Part shown: positions 51,913 to 64,000 of the stretch, one piece after another
Position numbering within the stretch: position 1 is the first letter of the stretch
Layout of the letters: the number at the start of each line of letters is the position of its first letter
Assembly: GCA_002269645.1 (NCBI GenBank)
Contig: NIVC01002490.1
Coordinates: forward strand, 38,855-102,854
Reading direction: 5' to 3'
Length of the DNA: 64,000 nt
Origin: Macrostomum lignano
Lineage: Eukaryota
Notes under the pieces: model-generated
What the model was told of the DNA's origin: nothing
Databases searched by the model: none
What the model saw: only the letters and a program-made list of their open reading frames with translations
Position numbers and translations under genes: made by a program

Positions 51913-52572
51913 CGGGTGTCCCAAAAAAGGGTAACACTTTGTGCGCTCACTGTGAGTGAGCGTTAGGCAGCTATAGCACAGTAATTTAACAGGTCCACAG
52001 TAAACATTTGTAAGTTTTTCCCACAAACATTTGGTTGCGAAAAATTGCTCCAGAGGCGAGTTATTGAGCACAGAAGTGTACGCTAGCTTTTCTGCCAAGC
52101 TTTGCCATACACAGCTGCCATAGACAATCTTTTGCTTTAAAAAATCTTAAGGAGCATAGACTCTGAGACGGTGTGTGGTCAAATACCAGTTTATTTGAAA
52201 AATCGTTATTGATTTTTTGAGCTTGTAAGTGTACGCTAGCTTCTCTGCTAAGCTTTGCCATAGACGGAGGCGATAGACAATCTTTTGCGTAAGAAAAATG
52301 ACAGAGCATGCATAGACTCTGAGACTGATCTAACGTTAAAATTTCTTAAACGTTAAGATTGTCTATGGCAGCTGTGTATGGCAAAGCTTGGCAGAAAAGC
52401 TAGCGTACACTTCTGTGCTCAATAACTCGCCTCTGGAGCAATTTTTCGCAACCAAATGTTTGTGGGAAAAACTTACAAATGTTTACTGTGGACCTGTTAA
52501 ATTACTGTGCTATAGGCCTAGCTGCTCACTCACAGTGAGCGCACAAAGTGTTACCCTTTTTTGGGACACCCG
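51913..52572. mobile_element. Tc1/mariner-type MITE with ~218-bp TIRs
   Basis: 51913-52131 is the reverse complement of 52355-52572. The termini CGGGTGTCCCAAAAAAG have TA on both flanks, and there is an internal direct duplication of the subterminal block. Confidence 0.88.
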
Positions 52573-53665
52573 TATAGCTAGTGGTGATTGGTGAAAAATG
52601 TATTTCGTCTTCTATTTGGCCGTATACAATACAGAAGCTGGCTAACTTTCTATGGTATACAGTATGGACTGCACTTTGGAAAGCAAGCCCAGACTTTGGA
52701 TTTATTATGCAGAAAGGCGAACCCAGCTAGCAGTCTACGTAGCTATAGACAATTACATGTATTAACTGCATTTGGGCGCATGTACAGAAGTATGTAGCTG
52801 TTTTAGGCTCGCGCGTCTTAGTTTGGTATGCATTTAAGTTTTATTTCAGCGAGACCGATCGTAAACAACGCATGCATATTCCGTGATCGACTGGATCAAT
52901 ATTTTTGGAAGTTGAGATCAAAAAACTTTTTGCTCGCATACCGCGGCCCTATGGTCGTTGCATTTGACAATTAGAAACTATAATTTTAACCATACATTTT
53001 GAGAAGAACCGCGAAGCATTTGTTCTGCATAGTTATTTTATAGCCCTTGAAATGACAAATTATACTGGAGCTACATGTAACTTCCTGCTATAAACATGTA
53101 CTACATTTTACATCTGACATACTATACAATAGCTCCTAATCCCAATTTTTTCTTGATGTCTACGTCACAACGTAATGTATATAAAATAAGTAAAATAATT
53201 GCTGTACTTCACAAAGCTACAATTGTGTACGACTAGAGTAAATTGGCAAACTAATCTTTAATCGAGTTTATTACGATATCCACATGCTTCTTGGAAGATC
53301 TAAAAAATAAAGCCTCGTATTACGTACAGCATAGTGTAGCGAGCAACTCTAGCTGGTTGTTGCGAGTGTTAGTTAGCCACTCAAAAAGGTGAAGAAATAG
53401 AATGTGGCTGTGCCTGTATGTTTATTGTCTGGTAGAACACAGATTTCCGGTTCATTGAGTGCGCGTTGGGATGTGCTCGAGCAGAGGGAAGTGGATAGGC
53501 TGGGTGGGGGTCACGGAGTGCAAACTAGGTGCCCGAACTGCCTGCCTGCGCATGCTACATATAGTAGCTATTGTCAAGGAAGTGAAAACCGGTCCTTGCT
53601 TTATACTGACACTGACAGTACATGCTTGGGAGAACGCCATATATGCACTTCACATTATCAGCGAG

Positions 53666-56600
53666 TCAGAAAACCTCCAGCCTATAGCGCGGCACATCGG
53701 CCACATCATCGTCCAGGGTGAGCAGGAACAGGAAGCTGAAGAAGATGGCCGCGGAGCTGGCAAAGTGCCATAGATCGTGCGCGTCAAAGAAGCCCAGAGC
53801 CGCGCAGGGCCGGTTGCGCGCCGAGCGGGACTGCGCGGGCGACAGCTTCCAGTCTGTCGGCGACAGCGAGAACTGCCACAGCGCCACGCCCCAGGCCGCC
53901 AGCGCCACCGTCAGGCAGAAAGTCGACGCCGACGCTGCGGCGATGGTTGATCCCACCGAGCGGTGCACCTCGCAACGCGGAGTTCGAGCCCAGGACTGCA
54001 GCTTCTTAGCCAGGTAGTAGGCCAAGTAGCAGGCGGTGTTGGTGAGCAGGCAGGCCAGCAGCAGCAGGCTGTAGGAGGCCGACATCACCGGGGCGGAGCC
54101 TCGACCAGCAAAGTAGGCGGCGGCGAAGACGGCTGCCGACTCGGAGAGCCAGATGCAGCCGTAGGCGACTTCAGCTGGGCTGACGCTGCCGCGGCAGCTG
54201 CGCAGCCGGGCGCACCGGACGGCCACAACGGCAACTGGCGGCGTCAGCAGCAGCAGGCCGGTGGCGGCGAAGACCGCGGCTCGAATCGCGGGCTCAGAAT
54301 TGACGGACGAGCCGAGCGAGTTCAGCAGCAGCAGGCCGGCGATGGCCAAGCAGCCCCAGTGCGCCGGCGGCCGCAGTCCGGGACGCCGTTTCGCCAGCAC
54401 CAGCAGCGCCAGCAGCGACGCCAGCACCAGCATGAAGGCGGTGTCGAATTGGAAGCTGGCGGCGCTGGGGCACAGGTGGTAGCCAGCCGACAGCAAGCCC
54501 TCAACGCACATGCACAGTCCGGAGGCAAAGTGCAGGCCGTGGCTGTGCGGTACGCCGAACTTGCCGCCGCTGTCAACCGCTAATTGTCGCCGTCTCGCTA
54601 ACCGGCGCGCCTTCATTGAGCGCCGGTGCACCAGAGTGCAAATTAGAAAAGTGACACCAAGAATTGCGTAGCCAATGTTGGAGAACACGCTGTTGGAGGC
54701 GTAGATCACGTGGCCCAGCACCGTGACAGGCAGCAGGCAGGCGAAGTTGTAGTAGCAGAGGTCCTGGTCGCCGGACTCGTGCAGCAGCCGTTGGCTGGAC
54801 ATCACCAGCTGCAGAGCCGGCAGGCAGAAGAAGACCGCTGCCACCGCGGCGTGGACGCAGTACCGAGTCTGCCGACGGCCGTCTGCCGCGTCCACCGCGT
54901 CGCTGATGACGTCTTCGAGGCTGACAACGCCATCCGGCAGTGGCCGACAGGTGCAGAGCTGGCTCTGGTCGACTGTGTCCACTGGCGTGTCGCGTACTGG
55001 TGATCCGAGTTCGTAGTTGGCTTCTGGTGATGTTCTCTTGAAGGTATGATTTTTATAGTGCAGGCATGCATTTGAATTCAAGCTGGGGTGAGATTTCAGG
55101 GCTGAGAGTGAGCTTGCAGAGCTGGGAGTGAGATTGCAGAGCTGAGAGTGAGATTGTAGAGCTGGGAGTGAGTTTGCAGAGCTGAGAGTGAGATTGTAGA
55201 GCTGGGAGTGAGATTGCAGAGCTGAGAGTGAGATTGTAGAGCTGGGAGTGAGATTGCAGAGCTGAGAGTGAGATTGTAGAGCTGGGAGTGAGATTGCAGA
55301 GCTGAGAGTGAGATTGTAGAGCTGGGAGTGAGATTGCAGAGCTGAGAGTGAGATTGTAGAGCTGGGAGTGAGATTGCAGAGATGAGAGTGAGATTGCAGA
55401 GCTGAGAGTGAGATTGCAGAGCTGAGAGTGAGATTGCAGAGCTGAGAGTGAGATTGTAGAGCTGAGAGTGAGATTGCAGAGCTGAGAGTGAGATTGCAGA
55501 GCTGAGAGTGAGATTGCAGAGCTGAGAGTGAGATTGCAGAGATGAGAGTGAGATTGCAGAGCTGGGAGTGAGATTGCAGAGCTGAGAGTGAGATTGCATC
55601 TCTGAGTGAGATTGCAGAGATGAGAGTGAGATTGCAGAGCTGAGAGTGAGATTGCAGAGCTGAGAGTGAGATTGCAGAGCTGAGAGTGAGATTGTAGAGC
55701 TGGGAGCGAGATTGCAGAGCTGAGAGTGAGATTGTAGAGCTGGGAGCGAGATTGCAGATCTGAGAGTGAGATTGTAGAGTTGGGAGTGAGATCGCAGAGC
55801 TGAGAGTGAGATTGCAGATCTGGGAGTGAGATTGCAGAGCTGGGAGTGATATTGCAGATCTAAGAGTGAGATTGCAGATCTGGGAGTGATATTGCAGATC
55901 TAAGAGTGAGATTGCAGATCTGAGAGTGAGATTGCAGAGCTGGGAGTGATATTGCAGATCTAAGAGTGAGATTGCAGATCTGGGAGTGATATTGCAGATC
56001 TAAGAGTGAGATTGCAGATCTGAGAGTGAGATTGCAAAGCTGGGAGTGAGATAATTGCAGATCTGGGAGTGAGATTGCAGATCTAAGAGTGAGATTGCAG
56101 ATCTGGGAGTGAGATTGCAGATCTGGGAGTGAGATTGCAGATCTGGGAGTGAGATTGCAGATCTGGGAGTGAGATTGCAGATCTGGGAGTGAGATTGCAG
56201 ATCTGGGAGTGAGATTGCAGATCTGGGAGTGAGATTGCAGATCTGAGAGTGAGATTGCAAAGCTGGGAGTGAGATTGCAGATCTGGGAGTGAGATTGCAG
56301 ATCTAAGAGTGAGATTGCAGATCTGGGAGTGAGATTGCAGATCTGGGAGTGAGATTGCAGATCTGGGAGTGAGATTGCAGAGCTGGGAGTGATATTGCAG
56401 ATCTAAGAGTGAGATTGCAGATCTGGGAGTGATATTGCAGATCTGGGAGTGAGATTGCAGATCTGAGAGTGAGATTGCAAAGCTGGGAGTGAGATTGCAG
56501 ATCTGGGAGTGAGATTGCAGATCTGGGAGTGAGATTGCAGATCTGGGAGTGAGATTGCAGATCTGGGAGTGAGATTGTAGAGCTGGGAGCGAGATTGCAG

Positions 56601-57693
56601 AGCTGAGAGTGAGATTGCAGATCTGGGAGTGAGATTGTAGAGCTGGGAGCGAGATTGCAGAGCTGAGAGTGAGATTGTAGAGCTGGGAGTGAGATTGCAG
56701 AGCTGAGAGTGAGATTGTAGAGCTGGGAGCGAGATCGCAGAGCTGAGAGTGAGATTGTAGAGCTGGGAGTGAGATCGCAGAGCTGAGAGTGAGATTGCAG
56801 ATCTGGGAGTGAGATTGCAGAGCTGGGAGTGAGATTGCAGATGAAGGCCATGAAAAAGATGACACACTGTCCTTTCTGTATCTACTTTAGTATTGAAGCC
56901 GCGAATTTACCGCCTTATTCCGATCAGCAACCGCCGCAGGGCCTGGCGCCTTCCAGCAGATGCGCGCGCACACGGGCGCCAGCAGGAGCAGCAGGAGGAG
57001 GCAGCCGGCTGTCAGAGCCACGGGCAGGCTGGCCGCGTGAACTGGCAGCGACTGGACAGTCAGGCTGAAATTCGTCTGGCCGCCGCCGACATCGCTAATT
57101 CCGGTGTCCAAGATGCCGCACTGGCCGCCCCCGTCAGGAAAAGTCCGGACAGTCAGGAAAAATGTCGATAGCGTGGAATTTGCGCTTCGAATTGTGGCGG
57201 CGGCTGCACTGACTAGAAGGTAGCCGCTGCCTGTCAGGGTCTGCGCACTGATGACGCTGCTTCCCGAGTCGCTCAGCGGACATCGAGCCTGATGCAGCTG
57301 TACCAGAGCGCAGCGAATCGACGGCGCCGCTCTGAAGGCCAGCCGCCACGCTGTTTGGAGCGCCGCTGGACCTGACGGCACGCGAATCGCCAGCAGTTGC
57401 GGAGAATCCGCCGATTCCACCGTGAAACTGACGCTGGAGCCCGGAGTCACGGTGAAGTCCGACATCAGCTGGCCGGAGAACTCAACCAGCACCGGCCGGG
57501 CAGACTGGGTAGCGATGGTCAGCGTCAGCAGCTCCCAGTCTGTCGCCAGCTCAAATTCTCTGCTCAAACTCATTGGAGGGCAAAGCGTCCTAGCAACGGT
57601 TGCCAATGGCGCTGTAATTATCCAAGATTCGACAGACTCTCTGTGCTGCAGGCCAATCAGAACTGGCGCGACAGCTGAGGCATTCGGCGACAT
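53666..57693 (-). CDS. SIDT: SID-1/SIDT family protein, divergent paralogue B; exons (57759 or 57693)-56911 and ~55036-53666
   Basis: The 3' exon has [90 protein letters not shown] and TLDDD. The 5' exon has an ectodomain-like region and a TM segment, and AFRLRVM..PVLIGLQHRESVESW aligns with paralogue [23 protein letters not shown]. Donor is GCG|GTAAAT at 56911; the acceptor at 55036 (TTCAAG|AGA, phase 0) and the true start are uncertain. Confidence 0.85.
55085..56840. repeat. 20-bp minisatellite (GAGTGAGATTGCAGAGCTGA/GG) filling the SIDT-B intron
   Basis: About 1.75 kb of tandem 20-mers. Confidence 0.97.
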
Positions 57694-58671
57694 GACTCGG
57701 AGTCTGAAGGCCGCATCGAGAAGCTGCTCAGCGGTATGGAGAACTCGGCCTGGTACGGCCTGAGTCGGGAGACAGCAGCTGTGTGCGCTTCATCAATGGA
57801 TGCAGACTCAGATGGAACCCAGCTGACTAATAGCATTTCCAACAAAGTAGAGGATATAATTAAAAGCCTCTATAATATTCTGCACGGGCCAGCTCAACTT
57901 CGCCATTTTATACTCTTGATTCTCAGCATGTGTATCCTCTAGCTACTCTGTGCAACAGAGCCTTGAAATTCTATTTTTAATTAATGAGCTGATATAGCTA
58001 ATTAATTTTGCAAATAAATGGCCGCATAGTTCAATTTGGCCGGATGTGGTTTTTTTAAAACAAAAAATTTCGAATGTTTTTCAAGCAGTTTACTTATAGC
58101 CAGAAAGCTTTAATTCGCCTCGCGTGTACCTCATACACTACACTATCTTGCATTGCTCAGTGTTTTGAAAAAAAACTTGATAAGTGACTCTCTTGACCTT
58201 TAAGTCTATATTCTTAACGTCATTTAAGACGCCTAACTTTTTCGGTGTGAAGGATTCACTTGAATTTTTATTACTCTATTTCCGTACTGTAGATTGTGAT
58301 GGGTTTCGGCCTTTCGGCCCCCTTGTGGGGAAGCCTTCGGGCCTCAGGTCTTAGAAATAAATCAATTAGAGTCCTGGCCCCCACTCCTGTCAGATGGTCA
58401 GCCCCATGGTAGCTGTGATCTGTGGTGAGCAGTCTAGGTCCTATAGCTAAGAGAGGGACAGCGAGAGACAAACGGAGAATTTTGAAGGTAGAAATTAGTT
58501 AATCCGCAGATTAGCTAACTCGCTGCCACCAGCCCGTTCGTCCTGGCTCACCACACCGGGACTCTCAAAATTGGGCTTCCGACTAGAAGGGGCTTTGCAC
58601 TTACCTGCTGCCAACTAGTGTCTTTTTGCTGTCAATCTCGAAGTCATAGCCGATGATAAGGGACACTGGTT

Positions 58672-58773
58672 GGTTATTCGTAAGTGAGACTTTAGGATAA
58701 TAGTCCTATGCTCACTCGTGCGCGCGCACTCATGAGCCGGACTATTATCCTAAAGTCTCACTTACGAATAACC
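58672..58773. other. Perfect 35-bp inverted repeat (hairpin) upstream of the Crypton-like relic
   Basis: GGTTATTCGTAAGTGAGACTTTAGGATAATAGTCC (58672-58706) and its exact reverse complement (58739-58773); the spacer is itself partly symmetric (GCTCA..GTGCGCGCGCAC..TGAGC). Confidence 0.9.
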
Positions 58774-58989
58774 GCATTGTCGAATTTCAGTGGGGCCATA
58801 GACAAAAAGGGCATTGAAAGGAGAGAGGGGTTACCGAGGAGAGAGAGACATAAAGACTGAGGTGGTTTACTGGAGTTTGGGCCATAGACAACGAAGTTGC
58901 AAACAGGCTGGGGGTTAAGAGGGTGGAAAGGAAGGAGATGTGGAGAGAAAGAGAGAATAAAACGTAAATAGCTACATTCGCTTGGCCAT

Positions 58990-59457
58990 GGAGAACCAGA
59001 CGTCATATCCGATCAACTGGGGCAATATGCCTGTCGAAAGTTTAGCCAACGTATCTAGCAGCGAACTCAATTGGATCTCAAGACTTTCCACATCTCAGAA
59101 GGACATGAAGGATAACGAAGACTTTTTGAACTTCTTGCACTTTCTTGAGACCTGGAATCGGCTGGGCATTCGATGAGCGAGATCATGGCTATCACGGGTC
59201 AAAAGTCCGAGAGCACGGTCCGGCGCTACCTGGCAGTTAAACGGGACAAGTCCCTGCAACAATGCAGCGATGCAGTGTCGCGTGCGTTGAACATGGGACA
59301 AAGCGCCGCGACCCACGGTCAAGTAACAATGCCTGCTGACATCAGCATCCAAAGTTCCATCGTGCAAGAAGCAGTGAGCGTGTCTGATGGTCGTCAGATG
59401 AACGATCGGAATATCTTTATTATGAACAACTGCACTTTCAACAATTGCAATCTGTAA
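58990..59457 (+). pseudogene. Internally deleted Crypton-like (DUF3504-type) tyrosine recombinase remnant
   Basis: From 59149 the frame reads DLESAGHSMSEIMAITGQKSESTVRRYLAVKRDKSLQQCSDAVSRAL...IFIMNNCTFNNCNL*. This matches the YR C-terminal box (L..aG....ImaiTGH.s..s...Y) and the NCTF tail of animal Cryptons; the box-II His is replaced by Gln. The preceding short ORF (58982..59176) is out of frame. Confidence 0.7.
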
Positions 59458-60919
59458 TGGTCTTCGGCACTATGACAATTGCGCCATATTGATATTGCAC
59501 AATTAACTTTCCATAGCGCTAATCTTTTGTTGTTGGTGTTTGCTGTTTTGTTCTAAAAATAGGCGTCCATTATCCCGAGTTTGAAATCATTATCCTGAAG
59601 TTTAAGTGAAAAAAATAAATAAATGTGCTCATGGTTTAACCATAGACGATTGCATTATCCTAAAGGCTGATTTTTGACAATGCTGGGACTCGATCGCATT
59701 GGCCATGCAGGTACAGAGGGGACTTGTGCAGGGGATTCTTGCGGTGGCGAGTCTATGGGGTAGCTATACATGTACTATTACATTGCTAAATACGAAGAAT
59801 TGTACTTTTGGCCTTCAACGCGCCAACTAGCCTCTCCTAGCGCTGATGATAGACTAACTCGAACTTCAGAGACCGCATGATTGATCACCCGAGCCACTTG
59901 GCTAACCTAGAGTGCACAGAGTACATCTCTGGAGCCGATTCTGCACTATTGGCAATTTCGCTAACGATTTGATAGCTCGTAGATTGATCGACTGAGAACT
60001 GCCTTGCCATTGGTCCACTGTGACCGGCGCCTACTAGCTTAGCTATTTATCTGAGCCATCGGCGAACAAAGAAATAGAATTGATAAAAATAACTGTTAGA
60101 TTTAACCTTCTCTTTAGATCACAATTCACACTTCAGATTGAATTGGGGTTTAGACTACTAGCAGTATTATTGAATGACTTCTGCCTCGATTAACAGCACT
60201 ACTGAATAAAATGAGCAAAATTTTGCGCCTAATCCAGCTACTGAAACAGGGGACAGATAAGGAATCATCCAATCAAGCAAGTCTAGGCAGCCTCTCACCC
60301 AACCAATCAGAAACTCAACAGCCGGAGACCAGGTAATCCACAGTGACCGAATCGGCTTAGTGCTTCGCAGCTGTAGGCCCGGGATGATGCTGATGTCGTA
60401 ATCTTCGCTAATAGCTAGCAGGTGATGCACTTCACTTTGATGTTCACTGCTGATGACCGGGGGGACTCGCCCTTGATGATGATGGGGGGGGGGGTCGCAA
60501 TCCGTGGATCAAGAAACGACGGTCAATTCCTGGCCGGTCAATAGGCCCTGACCTCATAAATCTTGATGGCCTGTCAAAATGATGAGAAAAAAGCTTTCAT
60601 TCGCATCCCCTCAGACCATCTGGCGCCCGCCTCAACACTGAGTGAGGCGCAGGTGGCTGTCAGAATAGCTTCGAAAGCGATGATTTATGACCCAAAAAGC
60701 TGCGCCTATGTTATTATGACTACTAGTATGACCAAACATTATATCTAGTATAGATTCCATGACAATTCGCAGAAAAAGGATAAAAATGCCCATTGTTGCC
60801 CACTGTTAGTAGGCTAGTAAGTTTAGAGCCTATGTGCTAGCGCGGGATTTGGAAAAAAAGTGCGTCCTCATCAATTGTAGGGCTGACTTGAGATTGCAGA
60901 GCTGGGAGTGAGATTACAG

Positions 60920-61179
60920 CTTCTGGCGCCGCGCAGGCTTTTTTTGGCGCCACAGCAGGCATTTCCTTTGGCGCCGCAGGCTTTTTTTTGGCGCCGCAGG
61001 CATTCTTTATATTTTGGCGCCCTATTTTAGCGCCCTTCTCTATATTTTGGCGCCTTGAGGTGAAAAAAAAATAATTTCACTATAGTCACAAGGTTTGGGG
61101 GAGGGGACAAAGCATTGACATGTCCCCCCATAGCTTTTACTGGGAGGATAGCCCCTGTCCCCCCCCAGCGATGCGCCTG
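60920..61179 (-). mobile_element. Possible non-autonomous hAT-like fragment rich in GGCGCC
   Basis: The minus-strand end CAGGCGCATCGCTGGGGGGGACAGGGG resembles hAT-type MITE termini; multiple TTTTGGCGCC repeats. Confidence 0.4.
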
Positions 61180-63444
61180 GCTGAGTGAGGTTGCAGAGCA
61201 TTTCAAAAATTTATACCTCCATAAGCCATTTTAGCACACAGAGCATTCTTAAAACGCTGTTGGTTGGTTGGAGCATGCATGGACCCAAACCCCGGATTCA
61301 CATTTAGCCCCAAATTAATCATGTGACAGCACTTGGGCAGGTAATTGAGCAGTCAAAATATTTTATTGTATTGTATAGCTACGAGTACATAGTTCTTTAG
61401 CAAATGGTAAAAATAAGAAACTGCACTTGCATGTATTGATTGGGATCATTCAACTAGCAGTGCACACTCGATCTGCCCTCTATTGCATGCACAGTTCCTC
61501 TCAGAATTGCCTCTCCTTATGATGGATGCATTTAAAATGCATTTAATTTGAGGTTGTTAAAATCTAAAATCACAATTGACAAATTCAAAATAACCGCGCC
61601 CTGACCTTTGACCTTGGAGATTGAAGTTCTTTCGTCGTCTGTCTAGCTGTCTCACTGATCTCTGATTACATGTAGTTGTAGAATTAATAAAAAAAAAATC
61701 AAAGTTACATTGAACTTAAATTTACAAGGCCTTAAATAATTTTGGTTGCAACTTGGTAATTTTGAATCTGCACGTTCTAGAATCCAGAAGCTACATGTAT
61801 AATTACTAGAACTTTCTAGCAGTCGGTTGCTTTGCTTTAACTAGGCCTAGCTATAGGGCCGCGCCTATACGGTAGTAGGTGCGATAAAAGTAGGAGGTTC
61901 CAAGGGAGTTTCTGGTTTTCTAAAAATGCATTTATTTTTCCTCAAGTCTGATCTGGTCTGGTCGTGTCTCGTGTCGTGGTGTTATTTTAAGCTAGGCCTA
62001 GGCCTAGCAATGTAAAAGCTTTATTTTTGTGAAAATTCTATCGGGAACAGAATCTCAAACTCATATACATATAGTCGTCATACATGTACAAACTACCTGA
62101 TCGAGACATAACCATGCCCAGGTAAAATGAACCTTATAGCACACAAGTAGTACAGCTATAGGGCCTAATACAGCAGTACTACATTTATGATGAGTTTAGA
62201 ATTTTGGACAGGTAGATATTCTCTAGACTTGAGAAATGATATTAGTAGGCCTACATAATATCAATTATTTAAAATTGCAATTTGAAGCTCAAAAGTCTCT
62301 GTCTAAATCCTGCACTTTTTATATTAATAAATAATTTATGCCCTAGTAGGCCTACTTGTTTTTGTTTTGTTGTAGGTTGAATTAGGACAAATATTATAAT
62401 CTAAGTCTAATAGAAAGTACAAATGATGAAGTGCGTAGCAGCCATCTGCTACGTACTTCATCCAGAATATCTGGTATTTCCAGAATACCGGAAAATGATT
62501 TCACACTGAACCCTGTTTGTTATTTTTGGCTTATTAATTCATGCTCACGATTCTTTAAGTCCATGATTATAATATTAAAATATACTTGTAGGCCCGCAAT
62601 AGTAGTCATGGATTTACGAATTTTGTTTAAGTGCATGAGTCTATAATTGTTAAATCAAATTAGAATAAAAATTAATAGACAAAATGGAATTTTTTTAAAT
62701 TATAACTCAACACATATCGGATTGCTATACTCGTATTGTGTTGTTCAGGGATGCATTTGGGAACAACAAAAAGTAGGCCCAGTTCATTTCAGTTTATGAA
62801 TTACAAATGAATTTTTTAATAGAAACTTATTGGAATGCCAGTTTCAAAATATCTTGACAAAAGTCCGCAAACATTCAAATTTGCACCAGGCTATAGACAC
62901 TTACTTTTTGCACCATAGGCACTCATTTTGTGGCATTGCATGTGCTCATTTAAGTGTTTTAAACATTCATTTTGGCGCTAGTGGTGCTATATTTTGGCAC
63001 TTTAAAACAAATCTATTGATTGGGAAACAGTGCAAATTAGGCCTACCTATATAGCATCAATCTCATAGCTTTTTTAAAGAGAGGGTGGCCCACGTATAAC
63101 ACGCCAAATTTAAAGTAAAACATTAATAACTTTGTCATTTGCAACCTATACGAGGTATTGACAAAATTTTAACACTTAATGTTGCCACAAGTATAGCATA
63201 CTAGCCATGTAGCCCCCCACTGGGGGGCCTTAAAAATGACACCAAATTGCCATAAATCAAAACTTTAATCAGCCAAAAAAGTTTCCTTCATCAACCCAAA
63301 ACCCTTTCTCAATCAGGCAAATAGTGCTTATCCTTTCAAGCACTAACTCTTAGTGCATATTGTCACTATGGCCGGGGCATATTCTGGTCTACAGCGGAGC
63401 TCACAGCCTTAGGCCCCTCTTTATTAGCCTAACTCAAAGAATCC

Positions 63445-64000
63445 CCCAGAAAGCAAGCATCCCCCAGACAGCAAGCATAAGCAAACATCCCCCAGACAGC
63501 AAGCAATCCCCTCAGACAGCAAGCATTCCTCAGACAGCAAGCATTCCTCAGACAGCAAGCATTCCTCAGACAGCAAGCATTCCTCAGACAGCAAGCATTC
63601 CTCAAACAGCAAGCATTCCTCAGACAGCAATCATTACTCAGACAGCAAACATCCCCAGACAGCAAGCAATCCCCTCAGACAGCAAGCATTCCTCAGACAG
63701 CAAGCATTCCTCAGACAGCAAGCATTCCTCAAACAGCAAGCATTCCTCAGACAGCAATCATTACTCAGACAGCAAACATCCCCAGACAGCAAGCAATCCC
63801 CTCAGACAGCAAGCATTCCTCAGACAGCAAGCATCCCCCAGACAGCAAGCATTCCTTAGACAGCAAGCATTCCCTAGACAGCAAGCATTCCTCAGACAGC
63901 AAGCATCCCCCAGATAGCAAGCATCCCCCAGACAGCAAGCATTCCTCAGACAGCAAGCATTACTCAGACAGCAAGCATAAGCAAGCATTTCTCAGACCCA
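63445..64000. repeat. 18-bp minisatellite (CAGACAGCAAGCATTCCT), runs off the window end
   Basis: Directly visible; it translates as QTASIP repeats. Confidence 0.95.

Noticed and set aside
63085-63240. AGAGGGTGGCCCA / TATACGAGG motifs resembling Tc1/mariner ends
   Set aside because: No partner TIR was found, and it does not match the mariner right TIR at 23956 beyond a few bases.

Overview
This is animal genomic DNA: GC-rich exons, GT-AG introns, and a very high load of mini- and microsatellites. That overall style suggests a Macrostomum-like free-living flatworm, but this is inference, not an identification. I reconstructed eight genes by hand with phase-consistent splice sites. On the minus strand these are TXNDC9/PhLP3 (runs off the window start), a SID-1/SIDT-family gene, mLST8, a small ANAPC16-like gene, an orphan 3-exon gene, and a second, divergent SID-1/SIDT paralogue. 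On the plus strand there are two tandem genes for a stand-alone saccharopine dehydrogenase/lysine-ketoglutarate reductase-like enzyme (AlaDh/PNT fold). Their motifs look like the Bacteroidetes-type enzyme rather than animal bifunctional AASS or fungal Lys1. They are my best candidate for something undescribed: a possible bacteria-to-animal horizontal transfer that was duplicated and acquired introns, with only one of four intron positions shared between the copies. Mobile DNA includes a mariner relic, a foldback element with ~390-bp arms, a cluster of palindromic MITE-like elements and an internally deleted Crypton-like tyrosine recombinase relic. Most long ORFs in the supplied track are artefacts of tandem repeats. 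All family assignments come from motif recognition; no searches were run.
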